Shown here piece after piece: positions 46,855 to 56,475 of a stretch of 64,000 nt of DNA (positions are counted from its first letter, which is position 1; every line of letters starts with the position of its first letter). The stretch is from assembly GCA_030696105.1 (NCBI GenBank), contig JAUYNJ010000001.1, positions 134,903 through 198,902 of the forward strand. The letters are read 5' to 3'. Source of the stretch: a bacterium. GTDB taxonomy: Bacteria > Patescibacteriota > Patescibacteriia > Patescibacteriales > UBA12465. The translations under genes and the position numbers were made by a program. The notes under the pieces are model-generated. The model did not search any database. It worked only from the letters and a program-made list of their open reading frames with translations, and was not told the DNA's origin.

Positions 46855-47657
46855 AATTGACGGATTTTTAATGTTATAGAAAGCCAGGTGGCGGTTAAGA
46901 TAATAAATATGAGACTTGCTATTTGTGGCCAGCGAAGACCAAGGAGCATCGGCGTAGGATCAATTTTAATAAATTCCAAAGTAAAACGTAATAAGGAGTA
47001 GGCGATTAGATAGATGGCAACAATTAGCATCTGACGTCGGTAATTTAAAACAGAAAAACGATTAATAAGGTATATAAGAACGAAAAAAATTATTAAACTA
47101 CCAAGACTTTCATATAAGAAGGTCGGATGAAAATACTGAAATGACTCATACCCTATCGGTCTATTAATGAACGATATCGGAATGCCCCAGGGCAGGCTTG
47201 TTGGTAGGCCAAACAGCTCTTGATTGAACCAATTTGCAAAACGACCAATCGCTTGACCAAGGGCAAGTCCAGGAACAATAATCGCTGCTAGTATCAGCGC
47301 GTCGTAATGATGGCGCTTAGCAAAAAGAAAAAGCGCCAGTGCGCCGCCGATAATACCTCCATGAATAGCGAGTCCGCCTTCCCAAATTTTAAAGATAGAA
47401 ATGGGACTAGAGGCGTAGTACGAGAATTCAAGAAATACTTCGTAAAGTCGAGCCCCTAGTAAACCGCCTACAATCACCCAGACAGATAAATCAAGGATAG
47501 TATCGCGCTCAATTTTGTATCGACGCGCAATATATACGGAGCTCATGATACCAGCTATCATCGCTATCACTAAGATTAGTCCGTACCAGCGAATATTTAC
47601 CGGTCCAAGGGAAAACAACAATGGGTCCGGTGTGAATTTATGTAAGAGGTTAATCAT
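46851..47657 (-). CDS. lgt: Prolipoprotein diacylglyceryl transferase
   Basis: IRWYG, GARLY, IWEGGLAIHGG, GQAIGRFANWFNQELFG, HPTFLYES. Confidence 0.97.
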   Translation of the reverse strand: MINLLHKFTPDPLLFSLGPVNIRWYGLILVIAMIAGIMSSVYIARRYKIERDTILDLSVWVIVGGLLGARLYEVFLEFSYYASSPISIFKIWEGGLAIHGGIIGGALALFLFAKRHHYDALILAAIIVPGLALGQAIGRFANWFNQELFGLPTSLPWGIPISFINRPIGYESFQYFHPTFLYESLGSLIIFFVLIYLINRFSVLNYRRQMLIVAIYLIAYSLLRFTLEFIKIDPTPMLLGLRWPQIASLIFIILTATWLSITLKIRQL

Positions 47658-47674
47658 TTGTAATCACTAAAGTG

Positions 47675-47756
47675 TGCGGACGGAGAGACTCGAACTCTCA
47701 AGGGTTGCCCCGCTAGCTCCTAAGGCTAGTGCGTCTACCAATTTCGCCACGTCCGC
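47675..47756 (-). tRNA. tRNA-Leu(TAG)
   Basis: GCGGACG-TGGCGAAATTGGTAGACGC...CTAGC-CTTAGGA-GCTAG...AGTTCGAGTCT...CGTCCGC-A. Confidence 0.95.
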
Positions 47757-47859
47757 TAATTCGTGCCTGCTAATATCTTATGGTATTATTATGATAAAGT
47801 AAAGAATATGCTATAATGCCAATATAGTTTTGCAATAAAAAAATTTAAAGATATTGTTT

Positions 47860-50265
47860 ATGAACAAGCCCGTATTCGTTCGTTTTTTTGAAGAGCTGTC
47901 TATTAAAGATGTGCCTTCAGTCGGAGGGAAAAACGCCTCTTTGGGCGAGATGTATCGCAAGTTGCATGATCAAGGTATTAAAGTGCCTAACGGTTTTGCG
48001 ACAACTGCCTCGGCCTACAACTATTTTCTAGAAAGTACTGGTCTCAAAAAAAGAATTAAAGACATATTAAAAGATTTAGATACGAAAGATACTCGTAATC
48101 TAATGGCTCACGGTAAACGTGTTCGCGAAGAGATTTTAAAAGTGCAATTGCCAGCTGATTTTAAAAAAGAGATTGTTGCTGCTTACAAAAAACTCTCCGC
48201 TGAAAGTAAAGTGAAGGCTACAGATGTGGCTGTTCGCTCAAGCGCTACCGCTGAAGATTTACCAGACGCCTCTTTTGCTGGCCAGCAAGAAACATTTTTA
48301 AATATAGTCGGCGAAAAAGAATTATTGCTTGCCGTAAAGAAGTGTATTGCCTCTTTATTCACGGACCGCGCAATTTCATATCGTGAAGATAAAGGGTTTG
48401 ATCATTTTTCTATCGCTCTTTCGGTGGGTGTACAGAAAATGGTGCGCTCTGATCTTGGTTCCTCTGGCGTAATGTTCACCATCGACACTGAATCCGGTTT
48501 TCGTAATACCGTTTTAATAAATTCAATCTACGGACTCGGCGAGAATATTGTTCAAGGGCGTGTTAATCCCGATGAATACTATGTTTTCAAGCCGACGCTG
48601 GCGATTATTTCGCGCTCAATTGGCAAGAAAGAGGTGCGCATGATTTATAACCGTAAAGGTAAATCTCCTGTAAAAAACATTCCGGTATCAGCGAGTGATC
48701 GATTAAAGCCATCAATTAGTGATGCTCAAGTTAAGCAGTTAGCAAAATGGGGCATGATTATTGAGGAGCATTACGGCCGCGCCATGGATATAGAGTGGGC
48801 CTTAGATGGACGTAATAACGAATTATATATTATTCAGGCCCGCCCGGAAACGGTGCAAAGCATGAAGAACTTGAATGTCGTGGAGGAGTTCCGTTTAGAA
48901 AAAAAAGGTCGCATTATTGTTAAGGGGCAAAGTGTAGGCAATAAAATTGGTGCTGGTAAAGTCAGGCGGATTATGGATGTTAAACAAATTCATAGTTTCA
49001 AGCCTGGCGAGGTGCTGGTAACAGATATGACTGACCCCGACTGGGAACCAATCATGAAAATTGCCTCAGCTATAGTTACTGATAAGGGTGGGCGCACTTG
49101 TCACGCCGCCATTGTCTCACGTGAGCTAGGAATTCCTTGCGTCGTGGGCACTAATCGCGGCTCAGCACTAATTTCTAATGGCAGAAATGTAACTGTTAGT
49201 TGTGCTGAAGGAGAAGAGGGCTTTGTTTATGAAGGTAAACTTCCCTTTAAAGTATTATCAACTGATATTAAGGGTTTAAAAAAGACAAAGACGAAAATAA
49301 TGATGAATATTGGGGAGCCAGAAATGGCCTTCGCCCAATCATTTATCCCAAATGACGGTGTTGGTTTGGCCCGCTTAGAATTTATCATTAATAACTACAT
49401 TAAAATTCACCCTCTAGCTTTAATTAATTATTCTAAGCTGCAGGATAAAGAGGCTAAGAAGCAAATTGATGAATTGACTATCGGATATAGTGATAAGGCG
49501 CAGTACTTTGTTGACCGCCTAGCACAAGGCGTTGCTATTTTAGCGGCCGCCTTTTCACCGAAAGATGTTATTGTTCGTCTATCAGACTTTAAAACAAACG
49601 AATACGCAAATTTAATTGGCGGCAAGGAGTTTGAGCCACTCGAATCTAATCCGATGATTGGTTGGCGTGGGGCTAGTCGTTATTATGCAAAGCAGTTTGT
49701 GCCCGCCTTTAATTTGGAATGTAAAGCGATGAAACGCGTACGCGATGACTATGGCTTAACCAACCTTAAAATAATGGTACCCTTCTGTCGCACGGTTGAA
49801 GAGGGTGTTAAAGTGCAGGAAATCATGGCTAAGAATGGATTGAAACGCGGTAAGAATGGCTTGCAGCTATACATGATGGCCGAAATACCATCAAATATAA
49901 TTCTCGCCGATAAATTTTGTGGTATTTTTGACGGCTTTTCTATCGGCTCTAATGATCTTACGCAGTTAGTCCTCGGTATTGATCGCGACTCCGGTGGTAG
50001 CCTGAAGATTGAAGGGGTCTCGAATGAAAATAATGAGGCGGTCAAGATTATGATTAAGAGCCTTATTGCTGTCGCTAAGAAACGTAAACGCAAAGTCGGT
50101 ATTTGTGGACAGGGTCCAAGTGACTTCCCTGAATTTGCTGAGTTCCTTGTTTCTGCCGGTATCGATAGTCTCTCTCTGATTCCTGATACAATTATTCCAA
50201 CAACACTTAACTTGCTCAAAAAAGAAAAAAGACTGCGTCGACGCGGCTTGCTCTCAATGGTCTAA
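47860..50265 (+). CDS. ppsA: Phosphoenolpyruvate synthase
   Basis: VGGKNASLGEM, AVRSSATAEDLPDASFAGQQ, GGRTCHAAIVSRELG, FSIGSNDLTQ, GICGQGPSD. Confidence 0.98.
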   Translation: MNKPVFVRFFEELSIKDVPSVGGKNASLGEMYRKLHDQGIKVPNGFATTASAYNYFLESTGLKKRIKDILKDLDTKDTRNLMAHGKRVREEILKVQLPADFKKEIVAAYKKLSAESKVKATDVAVRSSATAEDLPDASFAGQQETFLNIVGEKELLLAVKKCIASLFTDRAISYREDKGFDHFSIALSVGVQKMVRSDLGSSGVMFTIDTESGFRNTVLINSIYGLGENIVQGRVNPDEYYVFKPTLAIISRSIGKKEVRMIYNRKGKSPVKNIPVSASDRLKPSISDAQVKQLAKWGMIIEEHYGRAMDIEWALDGRNNELYIIQARPETVQSMKNLNVVEEFRLEKKGRIIVKGQSVGNKIGAGKVRRIMDVKQIHSFKPGEVLVTDMTDPDWEPIMKIASAIVTDKGGRTCHAAIVSRELGIPCVVGTNRGSALISNGRNVTVSCAEGEEGFVYEGKLPFKVLSTDIKGLKKTKTKIMMNIGEPEMAFAQSFIPNDGVGLARLEFIINNYIKIHPLALINYSKLQDKEAKKQIDELTIGYSDKAQYFVDRLAQGVAILAAAFSPKDVIVRLSDFKTNEYANLIGGKEFEPLESNPMIGWRGASRYYAKQFVPAFNLECKAMKRVRDDYGLTNLKIMVPFCRTVEEGVKVQEIMAKNGLKRGKNGLQLYMMAEIPSNIILADKFCGIFDGFSIGSNDLTQLVLGIDRDSGGSLKIEGVSNENNEAVKIMIKSLIAVAKKRKRKVGICGQGPSDFPEFAEFLVSAGIDSLSLIPDTIIPTTLNLLKKEKRLRRRGLLSMV

Positions 50266-50279
50266 AGGTTTATATACAC

Positions 50280-50315
50280 AAAACACCCGCCCCGTTTTAC
50301 GGGGAGGGTGTTTTT
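50280..50315. terminator. Bidirectional intrinsic terminator
   Basis: AAAACACCCGCCCCGT-TTT-ACGGGGAGGGTGTTTTT. Confidence 0.8.
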
Positions 50316-50330
50316 ATATTGCTTTGAATA

Positions 50331-50981
50331 TTATTTTACTTCTTCAAGCACTTCGATGGTGGCACGCTTGACGCCAAATTGTCTGGCATCTGCGTATTCA
50401 AGCATCCAAATGTCGACACGATCGGTATAACGTCTATTCATGCGATCGCGAACAACGAAGACACGGTCGCCGAATAATTCTGGAATACGTATCTTTGTAC
50501 CGAATTTCAGAAAGTTGGCGGCTACAGTATCTTCAATGCCATGTTCACAGACATTGAAATTATTGGCCGTGATACAAGGAGTGCTATCAGTTTGAGCCTC
50601 AAGTGAGTTATAGGCAGTCATAGAGTGGGTGCTGGTGCGTACAACGCGGTACTCGGGTTCTGTTTTGACTTGTTCTGTCTCATCTGTAATTTCAAGCTTT
50701 AACTCTGGGGCTGGTTCTGGCTTAATACCGACATATGGCAACTCTAAGGCTGCACTGGCCTGACTCTCTGCATTTTCGATTAATGCTGCCACAATCGGTG
50801 AGGCTGCACTCTTACTCATGACGCCAAGCTTAACGACGTCTTCTTTAGCCATTGCCTCAGCCGCTAGGACGGGGGCGAAGAAAAACATGAATTGGAACAC
50901 ACAAACAACGATTAGTCCTAAGACTTCTCGCTGGCGTCTACTAAGAGGCACTAAGTCCTCGCTCATCTTGATGATTTTCAT
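50331..50981 (-). CDS. 3D-domain (MltA-like) cell-wall protein
   Basis: TAYNS...QTDSTPCITA, VAANFLKFGTKIRI, VRDRM, VDIW, FG; start at about 50981. Confidence 0.85.
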   Translation of the reverse strand: MKIIKMSEDLVPLSRRQREVLGLIVVCVFQFMFFFAPVLAAEAMAKEDVVKLGVMSKSAASPIVAALIENAESQASAALELPYVGIKPEPAPELKLEITDETEQVKTEPEYRVVRTSTHSMTAYNSLEAQTDSTPCITANNFNVCEHGIEDTVAANFLKFGTKIRIPELFGDRVFVVRDRMNRRYTDRVDIWMLEYADARQFGVKRATIEVLEEVK

Positions 50982-51112
50982 AGCAGCGTAGGTTAATTTA
51001 ATCAAACAAAAAATCCCGACTATATAATTGATAAACAAATAAGTGGGATTTTGTAACTTACATTTATATCATGTCTGGATTAAAAAGTCAAGGGTGTCCT
51101 GGGGAAAAGTTA

Positions 51113-51229
51113 TTGACAGATGTCAAAATATGTGATATATTTTATAGTTACCAGCTAGAATGACAAATTTTAGCTAATAATGAGTAAAAGTACATTTAAC
51201 AATCAAACAAACCAAAAAAAACTGATATC
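51113..51229 (+). promoter_or_regulatory. Promoter, hairpin, boxA-like motif and A/C-rich leader for ORF 51230
   Basis: TTGACA(51113-51118)-17-TGA-TATATT(51136-51141); AGTACATTTAACAA(51189-51202); AAACAAACCAAAAAAAAC before the ATG. Confidence 0.65.
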
Positions 51230-52060
51230 ATGAAAAAAGTAGCAATTTTGTTTATGCTTATCGTTGTGACGATTTGCGTAAACGCTCAAACCCGCCAGCA
51301 AATTAAGGCGGAAAAGAAAATCCGAATAGAACTATCTCAGCTGTATGCGCAACTAAGGGTAGTTAACAGCAGAATTTCAGGTCTCGCCTCCGACACGGCT
51401 AAAATCTTTGAACAAAAACAAAGACTTAACGCCGCTATTAATGGTGGTGCAATCACCGGGGAGCAGGAGTTCGCCTACAAGAATCAGCTTGGCAAAATTG
51501 AGACGGTTTTACGATCGGCTCGTACTAAAACAAACTCTTCACACTACCAAGGTCTTAAGACTGAGGAAATGCGTCTGCAGTTTCGCATCACTGAGCTCCA
51601 GCTGAATCTGCGAGATTTCACCGACAAAACGGTAAAACAAGCCTACAAAGACGAAATCCCACGCGAACTAACAGTTACAGAGGAAAAACGTCGTAAACGC
51701 GGCAACAACATCCGTCGCGAAGAGCTTGGCTATAAAAAGCTCGAGGCTACCACGGTGAACGCGGATCCAGTTCAAGGTTATCTTGGGTTAATATGGAACC
51801 AAACCAGGTACACCCCAGCACTGTTTGTCATCAAGGACGCTAGCGGACGCGATGTTGATAAAGGAACGTTTTTTCTCCAACCCGGAGAAAGTGTTGAAGC
51901 ATACTTGCTTCCTGGCCAGTATATCGGCGTTGTCAAAGTACACGGTCAAATATCGGGCAGTTCCATGATTAAATCGGAACCTTCTCAAAAGTATATTGAC
52001 GCCGGTAAAGGCAAAAACCAATATCATTGGTTTCTAACAAAAACCCGTGACGGTATCTGA
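51230..52060 (+). CDS. Secreted hypothetical protein (coiled coil plus beta-rich C-terminus)
   Basis: Signal peptide MKKVAILFMLIVVTICVNA-Q; own promoter and terminator. Confidence 0.8.
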   Translation: MKKVAILFMLIVVTICVNAQTRQQIKAEKKIRIELSQLYAQLRVVNSRISGLASDTAKIFEQKQRLNAAINGGAITGEQEFAYKNQLGKIETVLRSARTKTNSSHYQGLKTEEMRLQFRITELQLNLRDFTDKTVKQAYKDEIPRELTVTEEKRRKRGNNIRREELGYKKLEATTVNADPVQGYLGLIWNQTRYTPALFVIKDASGRDVDKGTFFLQPGESVEAYLLPGQYIGVVKVHGQISGSSMIKSEPSQKYIDAGKGKNQYHWFLTKTRDGI

Positions 52061-52162
52061 AGAGCGTCTCGCAATAACGAACGTATAAGCCATTATCTAA
52101 TAATGGCTTTTTTTCTATCAAAAAAGGCATTTGTAAAATGCCTTTTTAAGTAACACGATTTA

Positions 52163-52594
52163 TTACACACCGACAACCCCGCCGTTATTTGTGCTACCCC
52201 CCGTCATCGGCAACTCTCTGAAGATAAAGGTGGTGATGGCGAAGGCGGCGAGAATGATGATTAGGCCGATAATTGAAGTCTTTAAAGTATGCTTAGCTTT
52301 AGTGACCGCTTCTTCATTTCCAGACGCAGTCATCCAGCGGTAGCCAGTAAATATCATTAGAACTAAGAATATAATACCGAGTAAACTTAAAATCACTTTA
52401 ATCAGTGTGGCAATCATGTAACTTAGTGAAGTGTCGCCGAGTTGGGCGGTTGTTTGCATTGCAGCGGCTGGGCCGCTTATATTATCTATATAGTTAGTTC
52501 CTCCAGTAGTGGTGTTCTGAGCTAGCACAAGAGCAGGTAAAACAAGTAGCGCGACAACGAAGACAAAAACGGTGTATTTAATAGTTTTACTCAT
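52163..52594 (-). CDS. TrbC/VirB2-like pilin
   Basis: Signal peptide (VLA-Q) plus GYRWMTASGNEEAVTKAK between two TM helices. Confidence 0.82.
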   Translation of the reverse strand: MSKTIKYTVFVFVVALLVLPALVLAQNTTTGGTNYIDNISGPAAAMQTTAQLGDTSLSYMIATLIKVILSLLGIIFLVLMIFTGYRWMTASGNEEAVTKAKHTLKTSIIGLIIILAAFAITTFIFRELPMTGGSTNNGGVVGV

Positions 52595-52598
52595 ATAT

Positions 52599-53027
52599 TT
52601 ATAATTTAGCGATAATTTCGAAGAGAACAAAGGTCCAAATGCCCCAGGCGCTGAGAACTATTATTAAACCGATAACCGCGCTGGTTATTATTTTTTTTGC
52701 CTTTGATACGGATTCTTCGTTACCAGACGCCGTCATCCAATTGAATCCAGCATAGATAATTAAGACAACAAAGATAATGCCCAGCAGACTTAAGGCGGCG
52801 TTAACTATTGTGCCGATAGTTTTGGGTAAGGTGTTTTCATCGGCAGTGTTATAGGGCCCAGCTGCACCTGGGCTGCCAGTCCCTACCTTTTCTAACATTT
52901 GCAGGGGATTAGCGTCGGCACTAATGGTGCCAGTATTTGCAGTTTGCGCAAACACGAAATAAGGCAAAACCATTACAGCTGTGAGAATAATTAAGGTCAG
53001 AACCGGTTTTAAAGCTTTAATTTTCAT
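52599..53027 (-). CDS. TrbC/VirB2-like pilin
   Basis: GFNWMTASGNEESVSKAK motif. Confidence 0.82.
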   Translation of the reverse strand: MKIKALKPVLTLIILTAVMVLPYFVFAQTANTGTISADANPLQMLEKVGTGSPGAAGPYNTADENTLPKTIGTIVNAALSLLGIIFVVLIIYAGFNWMTASGNEESVSKAKKIITSAVIGLIIVLSAWGIWTFVLFEIIAKL

Positions 53028-53036
53028 ATGAAAAAA

Positions 53037-53435
53037 TTAGGTAACGAGATTAATTACAAAATAAGAAATCGCGTAAGCCGACAAAATTATAATTAAACCG
53101 AGCAATGACTGCACGATGATAGTTCTGCCTTTTTTAGTTTTTTCTTCATTACCAGCGGCTGTTAAGTACAAAAATCCACCGTAAATAACAAACAAAACAA
53201 AGATAATGCCTAATAAGGAAATAATGGCAGTGACAATTCTTCCAGCTAGCGACTCAACGGTGATTCCAGGCAGATAACCGCCGCCTTGCTCAGCAACTGT
53301 CTGCAGAGGCTTATTGGTGTCTCTTTTGAAGGCATCTTTAAGGGTTGGCGCAGCTAATACATCATTCACAAACAACGTAAAAAAGGCAAAACTGCCGATG
53401 ATGTAGTGAGAAACAGTTTTTATAGAAATATTCAT
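53037..53435 (-). CDS. TrbC/VirB2-like pilin
   Basis: GFLYLTAAGNEEKTKKGR motif. Confidence 0.82.
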   Translation of the reverse strand: MNISIKTVSHYIIGSFAFFTLFVNDVLAAPTLKDAFKRDTNKPLQTVAEQGGGYLPGITVESLAGRIVTAIISLLGIIFVLFVIYGGFLYLTAAGNEEKTKKGRTIIVQSLLGLIIILSAYAISYFVINLVT

Positions 53436-53439
53436 GCAC

Positions 53440-53844
53440 TTAACTCTTGGTAGTTAATACTAGTTGTAAAACAAAGTAGCTGATTGCATAAGCTGCAAGC
53501 ACAATAATTAAACCAATGATAGATTCTGTGAGTAATTCTTTTGCTTTACGTACTTTTTCCTCGTTGCCTTGGGCTGTCATCCAGGTGATGCCAGCATAAA
53601 TTATTAAGGCTAAAAAGATAACACCGAGGACGGAAATAATTACTGTAATGATTTTAGAAACATAACCTTCAAGCGTCGGGGCAGAAGCGCCAATATCATA
53701 ACCAGCGGCAGCGCCTGTTTTGTCGAGTCCACTCTGCTCACTAAAATTATAAGAGCCCCCATCTTGAGCGAGAGCTAAAACAGGAGCGAATATTGAAGAG
53801 GCAATAATTAAGAAGGCGAAGATGGAGCCAAGTACCCTTTTCAT
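53440..53844 (-). CDS. TrbC/VirB2-like pilin
   Basis: GITWMTAQGNEEKVRKAK motif. Confidence 0.82.
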   Translation of the reverse strand: MKRVLGSIFAFLIIASSIFAPVLALAQDGGSYNFSEQSGLDKTGAAAGYDIGASAPTLEGYVSKIITVIISVLGVIFLALIIYAGITWMTAQGNEEKVRKAKELLTESIIGLIIVLAAYAISYFVLQLVLTTKS

Positions 53845-53847
53845 AGA

Positions 53848-54252
53848 TTAAATTAATTTATCACCAACAAAGGCGGTAATTGCGTAGGCAGCCAGAACGA
53901 TAATAAGACCAATAATTGCATTTATCATTAAATCTTTGGCTTTCGTAACCTTTTCACTGTTGCCTTGGGCGGTCATCCAACTAAGTCCGGCAAAAATCAT
54001 CAGCACTAAGAATAAAACGCCGATAAAAGACAACACCAGCCCTATAAGTGAGCCGACTCTGGTGGCTAAAAAGTTGTCGCTGCTAGCTCCGACCTGATCT
54101 TTGTAAGCATCAACCATTCCGGCTGTTGCATCGAGCCCGTACTTATCAGGTTCTGTCAGTGCGGAAACCGTTGTGCCTATAAAAAAACCGGCAAGCAAAG
54201 CACAGGTTAAGACAAAAGTTGATACGATTCTGGTAATTTTCGTACTAATCAT
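53848..54252 (-). CDS. TrbC/VirB2-like pilin
   Basis: GLSWMTAQGNSEKVTKAK motif. Confidence 0.82.
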   Translation of the reverse strand: MISTKITRIVSTFVLTCALLAGFFIGTTVSALTEPDKYGLDATAGMVDAYKDQVGASSDNFLATRVGSLIGLVLSFIGVLFLVLMIFAGLSWMTAQGNSEKVTKAKDLMINAIIGLIIVLAAYAITAFVGDKLI

Positions 54253-54305
54253 ATATATTATTTATTTTTTCACTGCTCTGCATACCAGCGAAGCTGATTT
54301 TCAGA

Positions 54306-54338
54306 GCAGTGGCCCCTGTTTTAAACAAGGGCCGTGCT
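54306..54338 (-). terminator. Intercistronic hairpin after the first pilin (terminator or stabiliser)
   Basis: GGCCCCTGTT-TT-AAACAAGGGCC inverted repeat. Confidence 0.55.
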
Positions 54339-54365
54339 TTTCTAAAATCGATTTTAGAAACTTAA

Positions 54366-54767
54366 TTACCCGTTGACGATCTGACCTCCAGTCGCCTCGA
54401 CTAATTCTCTCAAGATGAAGGTGGCGATACCCCAGGCAGACAAAATGATGACTAAGCCGATAACACCAGCGCCCATGAGCTTTCTGGCTTCAGCAACCTT
54501 TTCTTCATTTCCACCTGCAGTCATCCATTTGAAACCAGCAGCAAGAATGATGACAACGGCGATGATGCCCAAGAAGAGCATGGCTACGTTGATTAATCTA
54601 GCGACGGTTTCTCTTGGATCGGTGTTGGTTAAGCCGTTGTCTCCAAAGCCTGTTTCGATTTGTTCAAGGCCTAAGTTGAGGTTGCCCTGTGCAAAAGTTA
54701 CAGCAGGCACCATTAAAAAGGAGAGCATGGCAAAAGCCATTAAGTATTTTACGATTGTTTTTTTCAT
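54366..54767 (-). CDS. TrbC/VirB2-like pilin (probable major subunit)
   Basis: GFKWMTAGGNEEKVAEAR motif; first in the array; SD-like AGGTGGTGA. Confidence 0.85.
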   Translation of the reverse strand: MKKTIVKYLMAFAMLSFLMVPAVTFAQGNLNLGLEQIETGFGDNGLTNTDPRETVARLINVAMLFLGIIAVVIILAAGFKWMTAGGNEEKVAEARKLMGAGVIGLVIILSAWGIATFILRELVEATGGQIVNG

Positions 54768-54870
54768 AAATTCACCACCTTTCTAGTTGTTGATTGTTTA
54801 CTAACGTAATCATATTTTATCATATGTAAGTAGCAAAGACAAACAATTGGAGTTATGATAAGATATATTT

Positions 54871-56466
54871 ATGACTAAAAATTACCAAAAATTGTCAATA
54901 GTTCTCGGCTTGGGCCTATTTTTTGTGGGTATGTTTATTTTAGCCTTGGTAAATTCCTACTCATATTCAGATAACGATTTAGGCTGGCACTTACGTATTG
55001 GTAATGATATTGCTGTTTCAGGGGTGGCGCCGACCATAAACTATTATAATTATACCCTTGCTGGGGATAAATGGGTTGATCACGAGTGGCTTCTAAATCT
55101 CGCGATGTTTAAGGTTTTCGAGTTTGGCGGCTTTTCTGGTTTACATATTATATTTGCTCTGCTGGTATTACTTATTGTATATCTAGCCTGGCAGAGGACG
55201 AGAGAATTTAATGGTAAGTCCATCGCTGGCAGCGTTATTAGCCTGGCTCTAATCGCACTTGCAATATGGGCGAGCCGGCCTCATCTTGGCATTAGGGTAC
55301 AGGAATTTGCCTTGTTACTAATTCTACTGTTGCTCTACGCGATTGATTTGTTCCCGCTTAAAACTAGATTATTCTGTTTTTTACCATTAGTCTTTATATT
55401 CTGGGCAAATATCCACGGTAGCTTTATTTTAGGCTTGGGTATTTTATTCGCTTATAGTGTTTACCTGTGGGCGCAGCCACTCTTACGTAGAATTGCATTC
55501 TTACATAATCTATTACATTCAAAATATAGTAAACAAGACAAAATAATCTCTAGTGTTGTCCTGTCGCTATCTCTGTTAGGTACCTTAATTAATCCTTACG
55601 GAGTAAAGTTATATGCTTTCTTGGGTGGCTATACCAACACTTTTTACATGAAGCATATTTCGGAGTGGCAAGGTCAATCTTCAATTCCTTTATACTATCC
55701 TCAGCTCGTTTATTTAGCTATTTTTGTTTCTTTTGTTGGTATATTTCTTTATATCAATCGTGGCAATAAAAATAACCAGTCTCTTTGGGACTGGGGCGTG
55801 TCACTTTTGTTTTTTGTTTTAGCTCTACGGTCACGGCGCCACTTTCCTATATTCGCTTTTGCCTCCTTACCCCTACTAGTTTTGGCCGTAAAGCAGATGA
55901 TTGCCGGCGCTCAGCTTAAGTTAAGTAACAGGTTAAAAAAAATCATTACCGTTTTAATGATCGCAGCTGTCTTACTGGCTTTCATATCCTTAGCCATTCG
56001 CTTGCCTGTTAAACAAGGTAGCATTAATGACGGATGTGAGACAAAATATCCGTGTGCTGCTGTAAGTTTTTTGAAACAGCAAACAGAAATGCAAGATTTA
56101 AGACTGTTAAACGAGTTTAATTGGGGCGGGTATTTACTCTACGCTTACCCGGAAAGACAAATATTTATTGACGGACGCATGCCGCAAGCGTCTTATAAAG
56201 AACATACGATTTTAGAAGAGTATTCTCAGTTCAAAGTCGCAGACACAGACTTTCGGGCCTTACTTACTGAGCATGACATCGGGCTCGTGCTCTTATATTC
56301 GTCAGACAGACAAGTTAAAATTAGTAAATTCGAGCAGTTATTTCTACATATTGAACCAGAAGAGGTGATAGTGGACAGTTATTTGAGAGATTATTTGTCA
56401 TATTCCCCAGCCTGGGAAGAAATTTATAGAGATAATCTGAGTATTGTATTTAAGCGAAAGAAGTAA
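54871..56466 (+). CDS. Multi-TM protein, GT-C (ArnT/PMT-like) glycosyltransferase candidate
   Basis: First loop DNDLGWHLRIG...WVDHEWL, WANIHGSF, INPYG, ISEW, WGGYL, FIDGR. Confidence 0.65.
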   Translation: MTKNYQKLSIVLGLGLFFVGMFILALVNSYSYSDNDLGWHLRIGNDIAVSGVAPTINYYNYTLAGDKWVDHEWLLNLAMFKVFEFGGFSGLHIIFALLVLLIVYLAWQRTREFNGKSIAGSVISLALIALAIWASRPHLGIRVQEFALLLILLLLYAIDLFPLKTRLFCFLPLVFIFWANIHGSFILGLGILFAYSVYLWAQPLLRRIAFLHNLLHSKYSKQDKIISSVVLSLSLLGTLINPYGVKLYAFLGGYTNTFYMKHISEWQGQSSIPLYYPQLVYLAIFVSFVGIFLYINRGNKNNQSLWDWGVSLLFFVLALRSRRHFPIFAFASLPLLVLAVKQMIAGAQLKLSNRLKKIITVLMIAAVLLAFISLAIRLPVKQGSINDGCETKYPCAAVSFLKQQTEMQDLRLLNEFNWGGYLLYAYPERQIFIDGRMPQASYKEHTILEEYSQFKVADTDFRALLTEHDIGLVLLYSSDRQVKISKFEQLFLHIEPEEVIVDSYLRDYLSYSPAWEEIYRDNLSIVFKRKK

Positions 56467-56475
56467 TATTTATTA

